The notes under the pieces are model-generated. The model searched no databases and was not told the origin of the DNA. It saw nothing but the letters and a program-made list of their open reading frames with translations. From an uncultured Nitrospiraceae bacterium (GTDB taxonomy: Bacteria > Nitrospirota > Nitrospiria > Nitrospirales > Nitrospiraceae), in contig CAVPLT010000007.1 in the NCBI GenBank assembly GCA_963706325.1, positions 672,001 through 736,000 on the forward strand: DNA of 64,000 bases, given 5' to 3'. Positions 50,442-59,901 of this stretch are shown here, in pieces. The position numbers and the translations under genes were made by a program. How positions within the stretch are numbered: the first letter of the stretch is position 1; every line of letters starts with the position of its first letter.

Positions 50442-52058
50442 GTGATAACCGAGCGCGTTCGAACGGGACCAGCAATGGCATGTTTCCTTGGCGCTTGTAG
50501 GCAATACGGTGGCGTTGTGTTGTTGGCGCTCGGCCTGCCGGCTTGCAATGGGTTTCCTGCCGTTGACCTGGCTCCGGCCTATCAGCCGCCCGAGTATGTG
50601 GTGCCCGCCTCTTGGAAGGGTGCGAGTCCCTTCGTTGAGGCGAATCCCTCGGATGATGAATTACGCCCGGATTGGTGGAAGCTGTTTGACGATCCCACCC
50701 TGGACGTGCTCGAAGAGCAGGCCATGGTAGCCAATCCGGACCTGCAGGCGGCCGCCGAACGGTTCGTCCAGGCTCGTGATGTGATGATGCGAGCCCGATC
50801 GCAGTATCTGCCTCGCGTCGGTCTGGAGTTCGGCGCCTCTGACAACAAGCAATCCGTGAACAAACTCTTTCGTCCGCCTAATATTTCGGAGTTCGGGACA
50901 ACTGTCTACGCCGGAGGGATTGCTTCCTGGGAGCCAGATTTTTGGTCGGCGCTTCGTAATGCCACACGTGTCGAAGTCTACCGCGCCGAGGAGCGCGCCG
51001 CTGACTATGGCCTCGCGCGGCTCAGCTTGCAGGCTGAAATTGGGGCGAATTATTTCACGCTTCGCGGATATGACGCGCAGACGGCAATCTATACCCAATC
51101 GATCGATCTCTACAAAAAGTCACTCAAGCTCGTCAAGGCACAATTCGCCGGTGCGATCGCGTCGGCGCTCGATGTCGCACGGGTCGAATCTTTGCTATTC
51201 AGCACGGAAACCAAATTAGCCCAGATACAAGGTCAACGCCAAGTAACCGAACAAGCGATCGCCATCCTCGTCAATATGGCGCCTGCGAGTTTCACGATCA
51301 ACCCGGCCGAAGAGCTTCGAGTGACGAATTTTGCAATTCCCAAGACCATCCCATCCACCTTGCTGGAACGGCGGCCTGACATCGCCGGGATGGAACGCCA
51401 AATGGCGCAGGCGAACCGTGGGATCGGTATCGCTCGGGCGGCCTTTTATCCCAATGTGGCCTTCCGGCTTGGCGGAGGGTTTGAAGACGCCGGCTTTAAC
51501 CTGATGGCACTGGCCAACAGCTTCTGGTCTTACGGATCAGTTGTGTCGCTGCCGATCTTTCAGGGTGGTTACCGCCGCGCCCAATTACAGCAGGCGTGGT
51601 CGGCATATCGTGAGACGGAAGATCAATACCGTTCGACCGTGCTGAACGCGTTTCGCGAGGTCGAGAACGGCTTGAGTCTGACCAACCAGCTCACGCTTGC
51701 GGCTAATCGTCAGGACGCCGCCGTGGGAGCCACTTTGAGGACGCAAAATCTCACCACAGAGCTGTATCAAGGCGGGCTGGCCTCCAGTCTGGAGCTTATT
51801 TATGCGCAGGTCGCCACGCTGACTGCGCGGATCGAATCCGTGCAGATCAAGGCAGAACTGCTGAGAAATTCGGTTTCCCTCATTCGCGCGCTCGGGGGAG
51901 GGTGGAACCGTAAGCAACTCCCGACCGATGACCAGATCCAGCCGTTTGGCACCTTCCAATATACCAATCTAGAGAAGCCATCGAGCGCGGGGGGGATCGA
52001 TGTCAACGCCCACAATAACCGGGTGAATAATGATCTGACAAAACCCCCCGTTCGTTGA
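50442..52058 (+). CDS. NodT-family outer membrane efflux lipoprotein
   Basis: Lipobox LPAC, WWKLFDDPTL, PSTLLERRPDIA and LIRALGGGW. Start uncertain. Confidence 0.92.
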   Translation: MITERVRTGPAMACFLGACRQYGGVVLLALGLPACNGFPAVDLAPAYQPPEYVVPASWKGASPFVEANPSDDELRPDWWKLFDDPTLDVLEEQAMVANPDLQAAAERFVQARDVMMRARSQYLPRVGLEFGASDNKQSVNKLFRPPNISEFGTTVYAGGIASWEPDFWSALRNATRVEVYRAEERAADYGLARLSLQAEIGANYFTLRGYDAQTAIYTQSIDLYKKSLKLVKAQFAGAIASALDVARVESLLFSTETKLAQIQGQRQVTEQAIAILVNMAPASFTINPAEELRVTNFAIPKTIPSTLLERRPDIAGMERQMAQANRGIGIARAAFYPNVAFRLGGGFEDAGFNLMALANSFWSYGSVVSLPIFQGGYRRAQLQQAWSAYRETEDQYRSTVLNAFREVENGLSLTNQLTLAANRQDAAVGATLRTQNLTTELYQGGLASSLELIYAQVATLTARIESVQIKAELLRNSVSLIRALGGGWNRKQLPTDDQIQPFGTFQYTNLEKPSSAGGIDVNAHNNRVNNDLTKPPVR

Positions 52059-52303
52059 GCATCGTCGCCGTTCTAGACCCATTCAACACTGTGTTCGAGT
52101 TTCTAAGGTCCGGAAGGGCGAAATATAGTTTGATGTACCGGCAAGACCCCCATGGTTCCGGACGCACAGCTTCGCTGCGCGAATGGTCCTAGACGGAGCG
52201 TAGCACAAGGTCATCATGGCGACGTCCAACCTACACACCCGATTGTGTGAATGAAGGAATGTCCAGACAGATCCCGCGAATACCGGCCAGCCGTTTCCAT
52301 GCC

Positions 52304-52711
52304 CTAGGTCGGTGATATCAACGCGGAAGAGCACTTATGCCCTATGGCATGTGCCGCATCCTTGATCGTTTCCAAGAGTAACCACGTATCATAGGGCTTC
52401 ACAATCCAGGCGTAGGCGCCGAGCGGATGAACATCGTCGGAAGACTCCGTGAGCTCTTCCGAGAGCATAATGATGGGGAGGTGGGGCCAGACAACGCGGC
52501 TGAAGGCTAATAGTTCGCGACCATCGAGGTATGGCATGTCACAATCGGTGACCACTACGTCGAACTGTTTATGCTGCATTTCCTCTCTTGCTTCTCGGCC
52601 GTTCCTTGTCGCTTGGACATTGTAACCGGCTTGTATAAGCAAGGCTCTTAGGATTTCTCTAGCCGCATCATGATCTTGGGCTATCAGGATCCGTTTCGTA
52701 TCACTTGACAT
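52304..52711 (-). CDS. Single-domain response regulator
   Basis: ILIAQDH, VVVTDCDMP.LDG and KPY. GAGGAGG RBS before ATG 52711. Confidence 0.85.
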   Translation of the reverse strand: MSSDTKRILIAQDHDAAREILRALLIQAGYNVQATRNGREAREEMQHKQFDVVVTDCDMPYLDGRELLAFSRVVWPHLPIIMLSEELTESSDDVHPLGAYAWIVKPYDTWLLLETIKDAAHAIGHKCSSALISPT

Positions 52712-52792
52712 ACCTGCCTCCTCTGCGTCTCCACTCTGCGTCAGAACCCCCGACGACCCCTCATCATCTGTTATGTTTCCCGCCGTCAGCAA

Positions 52793-52808
52793 AGCAAAGA
52801 CGGTGCCG
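52793..52808 (-). promoter_or_regulatory. sigma54 -24/-12 promoter
   Basis: CGGCACCGTCTTTGCT (GG-N10-GC). Confidence 0.68.
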
Positions 52809-53099
52809 CATGTCTCTCCCGCAGAAGTTTGGCACCCCAATATACCGCAGGCCTAAGACATGAACGAACCACCCAGGGCTGCGCTTCTCGTTAGACGCGA
52901 CAAGATCGTTTAAGCATGTGCGTGACTGAGATTGCGATCAGCGCCGAAGTTTGAGTGTGAAGTGCTCCGGATTCCTGCGTTGCTGTGCGGTCGCTCCATA
53001 GCGCTTTCTCTGGAGTCAAGCCGAGCCGGTTCGTGCGATGAAAAAAGGACATGCAAGGAATACCTCCGCCGATTGTCCAGTTCGATGTTGCCAATTGGA

Positions 53100-53127
53100 G
53101 CGATGTTGCACGATACGCACCGTGCGA
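53100..53127. promoter_or_regulatory. Putative bEBP enhancer, repeated motif copy 4
   Basis: Minus strand TCGCACGGTGCG-TATCGT-GCAACATCGC. Confidence 0.6.
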
Positions 53128-53218
53128 ATCTGTTTTTTAAACGCAATGCCTGCCGAGAAAAATCGGCTCCTCGCATCTGGGGAAGGGCTGACCTGGTCAT
53201 CGTGATGAGTCATCAAAC

Positions 53219-53234
53219 GGGACCATTTATTGCA
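53219..53234 (+). promoter_or_regulatory. Putative sigma54 promoter
   Basis: GGGACCATTTATTGCA (GG-N10-GC). Confidence 0.5.
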
Positions 53235-53296
53235 CAACAAGTCGTAACGGGCAGTGACAGATACTGGCGGAGAGTCTCGGTTCAAGGAGGCGCGCA

Positions 53297-53563
53297 ATGG
53301 AGACTGAAGCGATTCGACCGGCGGCAGGTGTCGTCGATGAACAGATTCTCATTTTGTTGCAGCACCATCGACGGCTCACCTTTCTTGCGTTGGCCGATTC
53401 ACTGCCCACCTACAGTTGGCGAGCGTTATTTATGTCTTTAAATCGTTTGTGCCGCGCGCAGCACGTGGAACTGATGCCATTGGCTGGGGACTATGAAGTG
53501 GTATGGCGACATTGGCGTGAGGAGCAGGACGGGATTTCGGAGGAGCCCTGTCTGCGCCGGTGA
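53297..53563 (+). CDS. Small hypothetical protein, possible winged-helix
   Basis: AAGGAGG RBS. LP.YSW..LF..LNRL.R pattern shared with 56421-56675. Confidence 0.65.
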   Translation: METEAIRPAAGVVDEQILILLQHHRRLTFLALADSLPTYSWRALFMSLNRLCRAQHVELMPLAGDYEVVWRHWREEQDGISEEPCLRR

Positions 53564-53566
53564 ATC

Positions 53567-53908
53567 ATGCGATTATCGTGGCTGTCGGGGTTCAGATGCT
53601 GTGTTCTCGCGGCAACTTGCTTGCTGTTCGGCTGCATGAACAACAGAGGAAGCGAACTTGAGCTGACCTCCACAGACTCCAGCAAGGACCAGTATAAAAT
53701 TGCCCAATTCTATAACCAGGAAGCGACGCGGCTTCGACGTATGTCGCATGACTTGTCTCATCGAGCTCTGGTGTACGAGCGACTCTTCGGACCGCAGTCC
53801 GATTGGGTTGAAGGAACCAGACTATTGGCTCAATCGTATGAGGACGCGGCAACACAACAAGAGCGTATGGCCGCACGTCATCTCGGGTTCGTTCGGAGCA
53901 CGCCATAG
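53567..53908 (+). CDS. Hypothetical helical lipoprotein
   Basis: Lipobox LFGC. Similar to 55998-56354. Confidence 0.65.
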   Translation: MRLSWLSGFRCCVLAATCLLFGCMNNRGSELELTSTDSSKDQYKIAQFYNQEATRLRRMSHDLSHRALVYERLFGPQSDWVEGTRLLAQSYEDAATQQERMAARHLGFVRSTP

Positions 53909-53970
53909 GACGTACCCTTGCATTGGCAGGAGTCTCCGCAGGTCAGGTCCATGACACACAGGAGGCGGCT

Positions 53971-54873
53971 ATGTGGAAATATGCGACGATCAGTTTGGTC
54001 ATTGCAGTGCTATGCGGCGTACAAGGCTGTGGAAACACGGTCAGTCCCGGACAGCGTGGCCTCCGATGGTATCCGCTTACCGAAGGATTGACCACGGAAA
54101 CGTTGAAATCCGGCTACTATTGGCGAGCGCCATGGAACGACGTGTTTGTCTATGACGTGCGCCTGCAGAGCTACACTGAAATGGTAGACGCGCTCAGCTC
54201 GGATGATTTGTTGGTCAAGTTGAAGGCTGCCATTATCATGCGGCCGATTGCCGAAGAGGTGTACTTTCTTGCGCAGGAGATTGGACCAGACTTTTATCCG
54301 AGGGTGGTGCGGCCGGAGTTACTGGCCGCGGTGAGAAGTGTGGTGTCGAACTATCCGATGGTCTCGGTGCCCGAGATGAGCGCCGAGATTGCGAGTAAAG
54401 TTCAGGCAGTCGTGGTGGAGAAATTGAAAGGGCGCCATTTGGAAGTGCACAGCGTGGCATTGGCCGATATCGAATTGGCCAAGATCGTTCTGGAAGCGGT
54501 TGAGCGCAAGCAGGCCAAGGAGCAGGAAAAAGAACAGAAAGAGTTTGAACTCGTCATCGCGGAGAAGGACGCGGAGATTGCCCGGCGTCGCGCGCTAGGG
54601 GAGGGTGATGCAATCCGGATCAGGTCGGAAGGCGAAGCCGAAGGTGTAAAAATCCGTGCGCTTGGACAAGCCAAGGCTCAGGAGACGATCACGAAAACCC
54701 TGACACCGGAGTACTTACGATACAAGCTGTATGACAGCCCCAATGCGAAAATGGTGCTGCTGCCGGACAATTTGAACGTGCCGATTCTGATCAATCCGGA
54801 TCTGGATCGGGGCGGAAAGGCCTCTCCTGAGAATCTCATGCGTACGGAGCAGGAACTCGGCCGAGGGCGCTAG
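53971..54873 (+). CDS. SPFH/prohibitin (band 7) family protein, lipoprotein-like signal
   Basis: Band 7 domain plus AE-rich coiled coil (AEKDAEIARRRALGEGDA). AGGAGG RBS before ATG 53971. Confidence 0.88.
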   Translation: MWKYATISLVIAVLCGVQGCGNTVSPGQRGLRWYPLTEGLTTETLKSGYYWRAPWNDVFVYDVRLQSYTEMVDALSSDDLLVKLKAAIIMRPIAEEVYFLAQEIGPDFYPRVVRPELLAAVRSVVSNYPMVSVPEMSAEIASKVQAVVVEKLKGRHLEVHSVALADIELAKIVLEAVERKQAKEQEKEQKEFELVIAEKDAEIARRRALGEGDAIRIRSEGEAEGVKIRALGQAKAQETITKTLTPEYLRYKLYDSPNAKMVLLPDNLNVPILINPDLDRGGKASPENLMRTEQELGRGR

Positions 54874-54906
54874 GTCATGTGATTGGTAGGTTGAAAGGAG
54901 GGACGC

Positions 54907-55194
54907 ATGTCATGCAGCCGATGTCAGGGTTTGATGGTGTCCGAAACGCTGTTCAATCCCCTCGAAGGATCCATTCATACGTGGGTGCCGCTCACCCGCT
55001 GTTTGAATTGCGGCAATGTTGAGGATTCATGGATTTGCCGCGCGCGTGCGCTTCCTGATCAACTTCGCCGGAGCACCAGGCCTGGCCCACAGAGACGTGG
55101 ATTGCGGCGGGAGGAGAGTGAGGGAATTAGGCTCGCTGGAAGGCTTCCCATTGTGCACACCGCGCCGAACGAACAAGGTTGCCAGCGCGCATAG
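54907..55194 (+). CDS. Small zinc-ribbon protein
   Basis: MSCSRCQGLM...RCLNCGN. AAGGAGG RBS. Confidence 0.72.
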   Translation: MSCSRCQGLMVSETLFNPLEGSIHTWVPLTRCLNCGNVEDSWICRARALPDQLRRSTRPGPQRRGLRREESEGIRLAGRLPIVHTAPNEQGCQRA

Positions 55195-55206
55195 GCTGAA
55201 ACAACC

Positions 55207-55608
55207 ATGGATGCGAACGGGAAACGAGTCTTGATCGCGGACGGGGAAGGATGCGTGCGTCGCCTGATTAAGGCGCTCCTTGCTCAAGGGGGTTTCATGG
55301 TCGATGAGGCGGTTGACGGCATTCACGCGTTGGACGAAATGAAAAAATGCCCTTTTGATGCGCTCATGGCCGATTGTTCACTACCACGACTGGATGGTGT
55401 GCGACTGCTTTTGTTGAGCCGCATGATGTGGCCAGACACTCCCGTTCTGCTCCTGTCCGCCGACTTGCATGAATTGCCTGAATCGCTACAAAGGCAAGGC
55501 GCCGGCGTTCTGGTTCAAAAACCATTCCATCCGCCTAATTTGTTGCAGGCGGTCCACAGGGCCACGTCACTGGCCTATGCAGAACCCTCAGCCATACATG
55601 ATATCTGA
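55207..55608 (+). CDS. Single-domain response regulator (atypical acidic pocket)
   Basis: RVLIADGE, LMADCSLP.LDG and KPF. Confidence 0.8.
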   Translation: MDANGKRVLIADGEGCVRRLIKALLAQGGFMVDEAVDGIHALDEMKKCPFDALMADCSLPRLDGVRLLLLSRMMWPDTPVLLLSADLHELPESLQRQGAGVLVQKPFHPPNLLQAVHRATSLAYAEPSAIHDI

Positions 55609-55769
55609 GGGTTCCTTGCGTCAGAGCAGTCAGACAACTCTGCATCCTGAAAAGTCTGCCTCTCATACCTTCATCCCTTCACCATACAATTTCGCCCGCT
55701 TCATCCGTCACTTCTTCCTTTCCTAACCACAGGCGGAAACGTCCGGACCTGCTGCAGGATACAGCTTGC

Positions 55770-55797
55770 GCGATTTCGCACAGGTCGCGCGGTGCGG
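55770..55797. promoter_or_regulatory. Putative bEBP enhancer, repeated motif copy 5
   Basis: Minus strand CCGCACCGCGCG-ACCTGT-GCGAAATCGC. Confidence 0.55.
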
Positions 55798-55908
55798 AAT
55801 GCCGCGACTGGGGGAGTCGCGTGCGGGGAGCGCAGGCTGGCCGGTTGTTGTGAGCCGAAGGTAGCGGTCAGTACTGCTGTTTGTACGCCTTCCCGTCCCA
55901 CCACGAAC

Positions 55909-55924
55909 AGGACCACATTTTGCT
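55909..55924 (+). promoter_or_regulatory. Putative sigma54 promoter
   Basis: AGGACCACATTTTGCT (GG-N10-GC). Confidence 0.55.
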
Positions 55925-55997
55925 TCATGTGTTGGATGGCTGCGTAGAGAGCAGCCATCCAGGCTCTCATACAGAAAAAGGGAAAGGAGTCCCTACC

Positions 55998-56354
55998 ATG
56001 AAACATTATCTGATTCAGACGACCATTGTTCTTGCCTGGTGCGCCTTGGCTGGTTGTGCCGGATTTTCAGATCATAAATCGCTCCCGACATCATCCAGCC
56101 TTGCGCAGCAGGCGACTAACGGCGGGGTCGCCGACACCGGATTCCTGTGGCGGGAGGAAGCCAGAGAGCTCCGGACGTTTGCGGATCGCCATGATGTGGA
56201 AGCCGACGTGTTGTTGCAGCGTCCATTGCCCTCAGATACCGAGTTGATACGGCAGCGGCGCGCGCTTGCTCGTCAATTGCGCGTCGCGGCGGCCCAGATC
56301 GAGCAGGGGGCTGATGGAGTCGGAAGTCGCGGAGGGTTCAGTAACCCTCTATGA
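55998..56354 (+). CDS. Hypothetical helical lipoprotein
   Basis: AAGGAG RBS and lipobox LAGC. Confidence 0.65.
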   Translation: MKHYLIQTTIVLAWCALAGCAGFSDHKSLPTSSSLAQQATNGGVADTGFLWREEARELRTFADRHDVEADVLLQRPLPSDTELIRQRRALARQLRVAAAQIEQGADGVGSRGGFSNPL

Positions 56355-56420
56355 GAAAGAAGAGGAGCGGTTCACGTGGACGCTCAACATGCGAGAGCGC
56401 ACTCAACTGAGGAGAATAGC

Positions 56421-56675
56421 ATGGATCTCAATGACGACATCGAAACAGCTATGTTGCATTACATGCATGAGCATCGAATCTGCGCGATGGAAGAGTTATT
56501 CCGAAATTTACCGGCTTTCACTACGAATCAGATGTTCTTGACGGTGGATCGATTGAGTCGGGAAGGCAAGGTCCTGCTGCGTTACCAGAATCGATCCGAA
56601 TATGTTATTCTCCGGGCGGAAGTCGCGCGAAGACTATCCCGTGAGATGTCGGGTGCGACGACTGAAACCGGATAG
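56421..56675 (+). CDS. Small hypothetical protein, possible winged-helix
   Basis: GAGGAG RBS. LPAFTTNQMFLTVDRLSREGKV. Confidence 0.68.
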   Translation: MDLNDDIETAMLHYMHEHRICAMEELFRNLPAFTTNQMFLTVDRLSREGKVLLRYQNRSEYVILRAEVARRLSREMSGATTETG

Positions 56676-56690
56676 TGAGGGGGAACACGC

Positions 56691-56936
56691 ATGAAGAAAA
56701 AGACGATGGTGGCGAAGTCCGCCACGCGTTCGGTGAAACGCGCCGCCACACCGACCGCACGCGTCAAGAGTCACGGTCCTGTTCAGGACATTCAGGTGCG
56801 GATCGCGGCGCGGGCTCATGAGCTCTATGTTCAGCGAGGCTGTTTGGATGGATATCATCTACATGACTGGCTGGAGGCGGAGCAAGAAATCGTGGGGCGA
56901 GCTCAGGGCTCTGACAAGACCGCCGCGCGTATCTAG
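56691..56936 (+). CDS. DUF2934 family protein
   Basis: RIAARAHELYVQRG...DWLEAEQEI signature. Confidence 0.85.
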   Translation: MKKKTMVAKSATRSVKRAATPTARVKSHGPVQDIQVRIAARAHELYVQRGCLDGYHLHDWLEAEQEIVGRAQGSDKTAARI

Positions 56937-56945
56937 GAGGAGCAT

Positions 56946-56976
56946 CGCGCTCGGCCGCGTCATTCGGCCGAGCGCG
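56946..56976. terminator. Hairpin between convergent genes
   Basis: CGCGCTCGGCCG/CGGCCGAGCGCG perfect 12-bp stem. Confidence 0.6.
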
Positions 56977-56991
56977 GCGCCTCTCTGGCGA

Positions 56992-58806
56992 TCACATCGT
57001 CTGTTCCAGCTGATCGACCATCCCTGAAATAGCTTCGAAGCCTGATTGCCAGAAGGCCTCCGAATTCATATCGACTCCCACCTCAGCCAGAATTTCCTGT
57101 GGCGCCCGAGAACCGCCGGCTGCCAGCAGGTCCAAATATTTCGGGACGAATCCGCTGCCCTGCTCTTGGTACATACGATAGAGCGCCAGCACCAGTAAGT
57201 TTCCGAAACTGTAGGCATAACAATAAAACGGGCTCGCATAGATGTGGGGGATGCTGAGCCATTCCCATTGAAACTCTTGCGGCACGCGCAATGCCTTTCC
57301 GAATTGCTGCCGGAGCAGCGTCAGATAGGTCTTTCCCAAATCGAGGGTCGTCGCGCCCTGCGCCACCATATCGTGAGCTGTCCGTTCAAAGGCCACAAAG
57401 TACGCCTGCCGCATCACGGTAGCGTAGATGTCGTCCAACTGGTTGACAAGCAAGCTCTGTTTCACCGGTTTGCTGGTTTCGGAGGCCATCAAGGCGTCCG
57501 AAAGGATTCGCTCGCCGAACACCGAAGCAGTTTCCGCCAGCGGCAAGGTCGAGTGGAAGGTAAACACGTTGTGCTGCTCAGCCATCATTCCATGAACGGC
57601 ATGGCCCAACTCATGGGCCATCGTAGCGATGTCGCGGGCCTCGCCGGTGAAGTTCAGCATGACGTAAGGCGTCATGCCGGGGTTCACGCTGTAACAGTAG
57701 GCCCCACCCAGCTTCCCTGGTTTGGTACGGGCATCGATGTGACAATCTGCGAACACTCGTTGCGCCAGTTCGGCGAGACGAGGCGAAAAGCCGTGATACG
57801 CATCCAGCACCATCCGAACCGCATCCGCATACCGATAGGTTTTCTGTTCGGCGCGGTGGGGCGCATAGATATGGTATCGGTTCATTGTTTTGATCTTGCA
57901 GAGCCGCGCCTTCAAGCCGAAATAGCGTTGGAAGATCGGGGCGTTCTTGATGCAAACGGAGAGGAGCGCGTCCACGGCTCGATCGGGGATGTCGTTGCTG
58001 AGGTTCCGGGTCGCCATCGGCGCAGAAAAGTGGCGCAATTGGAGATTCTCCGCCTTCCAGTCGTTGACCAGGGTTTTGTACAGTTCGCCGAGCAGGTCTT
58101 GATGAGATTCATACACGCGATACATCTCGCGATACGCGGCCTCGCGTATCGCGGCTTTCGGACTGCGTAGAAAAGCCGTCAACGCCTCGCGGTTCATCGT
58201 CTTCTTTTTTCCTCCGACGGGCAGCGTGAAGGTGAAGCCATTGGTGACGATATCGTAGAGCTGGTGGACGGCGTTCTGTCCGGTGATGTTCTTGATATTG
58301 ATGATTTTCTCTTCCGCTTCTGAGAGCGTATGCGGCTTGAACCGCCGAATGGTTTCCAGGTGATACCGGAAGTCCCCGCTGTTCGCCATCAACCGTGTCG
58401 CGTTCGGTTCATCGACACCCTGCCACCAGAGATCGAAAAACAGCAGATGATTATGGAGCGTCGTGAGGTGTTCTTCGACTTTGTTTTTGAACGAGCGGGC
58501 TTGCAGCTGTTTGGTATCTTCAGAGAACCACAGATAGGCATAGGCTCCGAGTCGGCCCGAGTCTTTGGCGATCTGTTCCGACAGCGTCAGCAGTTCCAGA
58601 AACGTCTGTTCCGACATCGTCGGAGCGAGAACGTGGCGTGCCGATTGAAATCGCTCGACCTTTGTTGTCAAGTCTTTGAGATTGCGATCGAATTGTTTCA
58701 CCGGGTCGGTGACCAAATCAGACAGTTCCCAGTGATCAGCAAACTCCCGAGAGGGAGTCGAACGGCGTGATGGGGGAGAGGATGCGGTCTTGCGCGAAGC
58801 GGCCAT
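56992..58806 (-). CDS. pepF: M3B oligoendopeptidase F
   Basis: HELGH zinc motif, KLGGAYC, AETAS, IPHIY..PFY.YAY. Confidence 0.9.
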   Translation of the reverse strand: MAASRKTASSPPSRRSTPSREFADHWELSDLVTDPVKQFDRNLKDLTTKVERFQSARHVLAPTMSEQTFLELLTLSEQIAKDSGRLGAYAYLWFSEDTKQLQARSFKNKVEEHLTTLHNHLLFFDLWWQGVDEPNATRLMANSGDFRYHLETIRRFKPHTLSEAEEKIINIKNITGQNAVHQLYDIVTNGFTFTLPVGGKKKTMNREALTAFLRSPKAAIREAAYREMYRVYESHQDLLGELYKTLVNDWKAENLQLRHFSAPMATRNLSNDIPDRAVDALLSVCIKNAPIFQRYFGLKARLCKIKTMNRYHIYAPHRAEQKTYRYADAVRMVLDAYHGFSPRLAELAQRVFADCHIDARTKPGKLGGAYCYSVNPGMTPYVMLNFTGEARDIATMAHELGHAVHGMMAEQHNVFTFHSTLPLAETASVFGERILSDALMASETSKPVKQSLLVNQLDDIYATVMRQAYFVAFERTAHDMVAQGATTLDLGKTYLTLLRQQFGKALRVPQEFQWEWLSIPHIYASPFYCYAYSFGNLLVLALYRMYQEQGSGFVPKYLDLLAAGGSRAPQEILAEVGVDMNSEAFWQSGFEAISGMVDQLEQTM

Positions 58807-58911
58807 GGTCGAAGCTCCGGTAATGAAGGTGAATGATGTCAGGGATCATACCACCGTCGGAGAGGGCGGGTTGTAGATTCTTTGATGGCAGGCGGCGCAC
58901 CAGAGGCCACT

Positions 58912-58939
58912 TTGACTCGTCCGGTTCGGATGTTACAAT
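58912..58939 (+). promoter_or_regulatory. Putative sigma70 promoter
   Basis: TTGACT-16bp-TACAAT with an extended TG motif. Confidence 0.5.
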
Positions 58940-58957
58940 TCGCCGAAAGGTGAGAGC

Positions 58958-59287
58958 ATGACTGAACAGGAAATCAACCGGGCGATACAATATGTGACAG
59001 CTGCCACGTCTTATGGACGGGACACCGTCGCAGAGATTCTCCGGACAGGTTTATCTGAACTGTCGGTGCTCTCAACGCAATCTACGCGCCGCTTTGAGCG
59101 AGAGGACCTCTTGGGCTACCTTTGCCAATGGACTATGAAGCGCACCGGCCACCCGGAGCCGTTGGTGCGTGAAGTGCTGGATGGAGCCGGCCGCTGGCTG
59201 GATGAGGTCGCGGCGACTCTTGAGAAGCGGAGGGAGGAACAAGCGAAGGCTGGGGAGGATGACGAAGAGGGGGCCGCATCAGCGTGA
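58958..59287 (+). CDS. Hypothetical protein
   Basis: 109-aa ORF with AAGGTGAG RBS, an upstream promoter and an acidic tail. Confidence 0.7.
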   Translation: MTEQEINRAIQYVTAATSYGRDTVAEILRTGLSELSVLSTQSTRRFEREDLLGYLCQWTMKRTGHPEPLVREVLDGAGRWLDEVAATLEKRREEQAKAGEDDEEGAASA

Positions 59288-59414
59288 AAGGCCGCGGCTC
59301 ACAAGCATTGGCGCGTGGGGTTTCGAGACCCGTGCCGGCGCACCGCTCTAAGTATAACGGATTGCTGAGAGGGAGAAACCGTCATACTAGAGGTTGCATA
59401 GAAGAGAGCGCCAA

Positions 59415-59732
59415 TCACGTAGGTAGCGTGCTTTTCAACGCTTCCAGGTTTTTTGTCACCATCGCGTCGCCGTTTTTTGTGGAGACGGCGATACCCTGAT
59501 CGGATACCTGTCGGCACTCGTCAAAACGTCCGAGTTTCAGCAGCGACTGTGCCAGTGCATAGAAGGCCGCTGAGTAGGTAGGCTTGACCGTGATGCAGCT
59601 TTGAAGGGCCGGTACCGCTTCCTGCCAATTGTTATCCTCCATGTAGGCTTTGCCTAAGCCGAACCAAGCGACCTCGTCGTTCGGGTCGATTGCCAGCACT
59701 TTTTTCAGCGGCTCAATTCTCGGGTTGGGCAT
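59415..59732 (-). CDS. Tetratricopeptide repeat protein
   Basis: DPNDEVAWFGLG..Y and PTYSAAFYALA TPR pattern. GGAG RBS before ATG 59732. Confidence 0.85.
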   Translation of the reverse strand: MPNPRIEPLKKVLAIDPNDEVAWFGLGKAYMEDNNWQEAVPALQSCITVKPTYSAAFYALAQSLLKLGRFDECRQVSDQGIAVSTKNGDAMVTKNLEALKSTLPT

Positions 59733-59901
59733 CCAATTCTCCAGGCTAAATCTGCGAAGTCCAAGCCGACCGTAACATGCGTTTCCGATCATTGTCTATG
59801 GCGATTCCTGCATGCTAGTCTGCGATATCGATGCGAATCTCGTGAGGGGACGCTTCGGGAATGGAGAGACGAGATACGAACGACGCTTCACGGAATCTGA
59901 T

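Noticed and set aside
52850..53290. ORFs 52932-53441 and 52910-53200
   Set aside because: They overlap a divergent promoter/enhancer region and lack an RBS or motifs.
57244..58170. Long antisense ORFs (e.g. 57244-58170, 41651-42475, 38854-39666, 11201-11935)
   Set aside because: Shadow ORFs opposite well-supported GC-rich genes, with no recognisable motifs.
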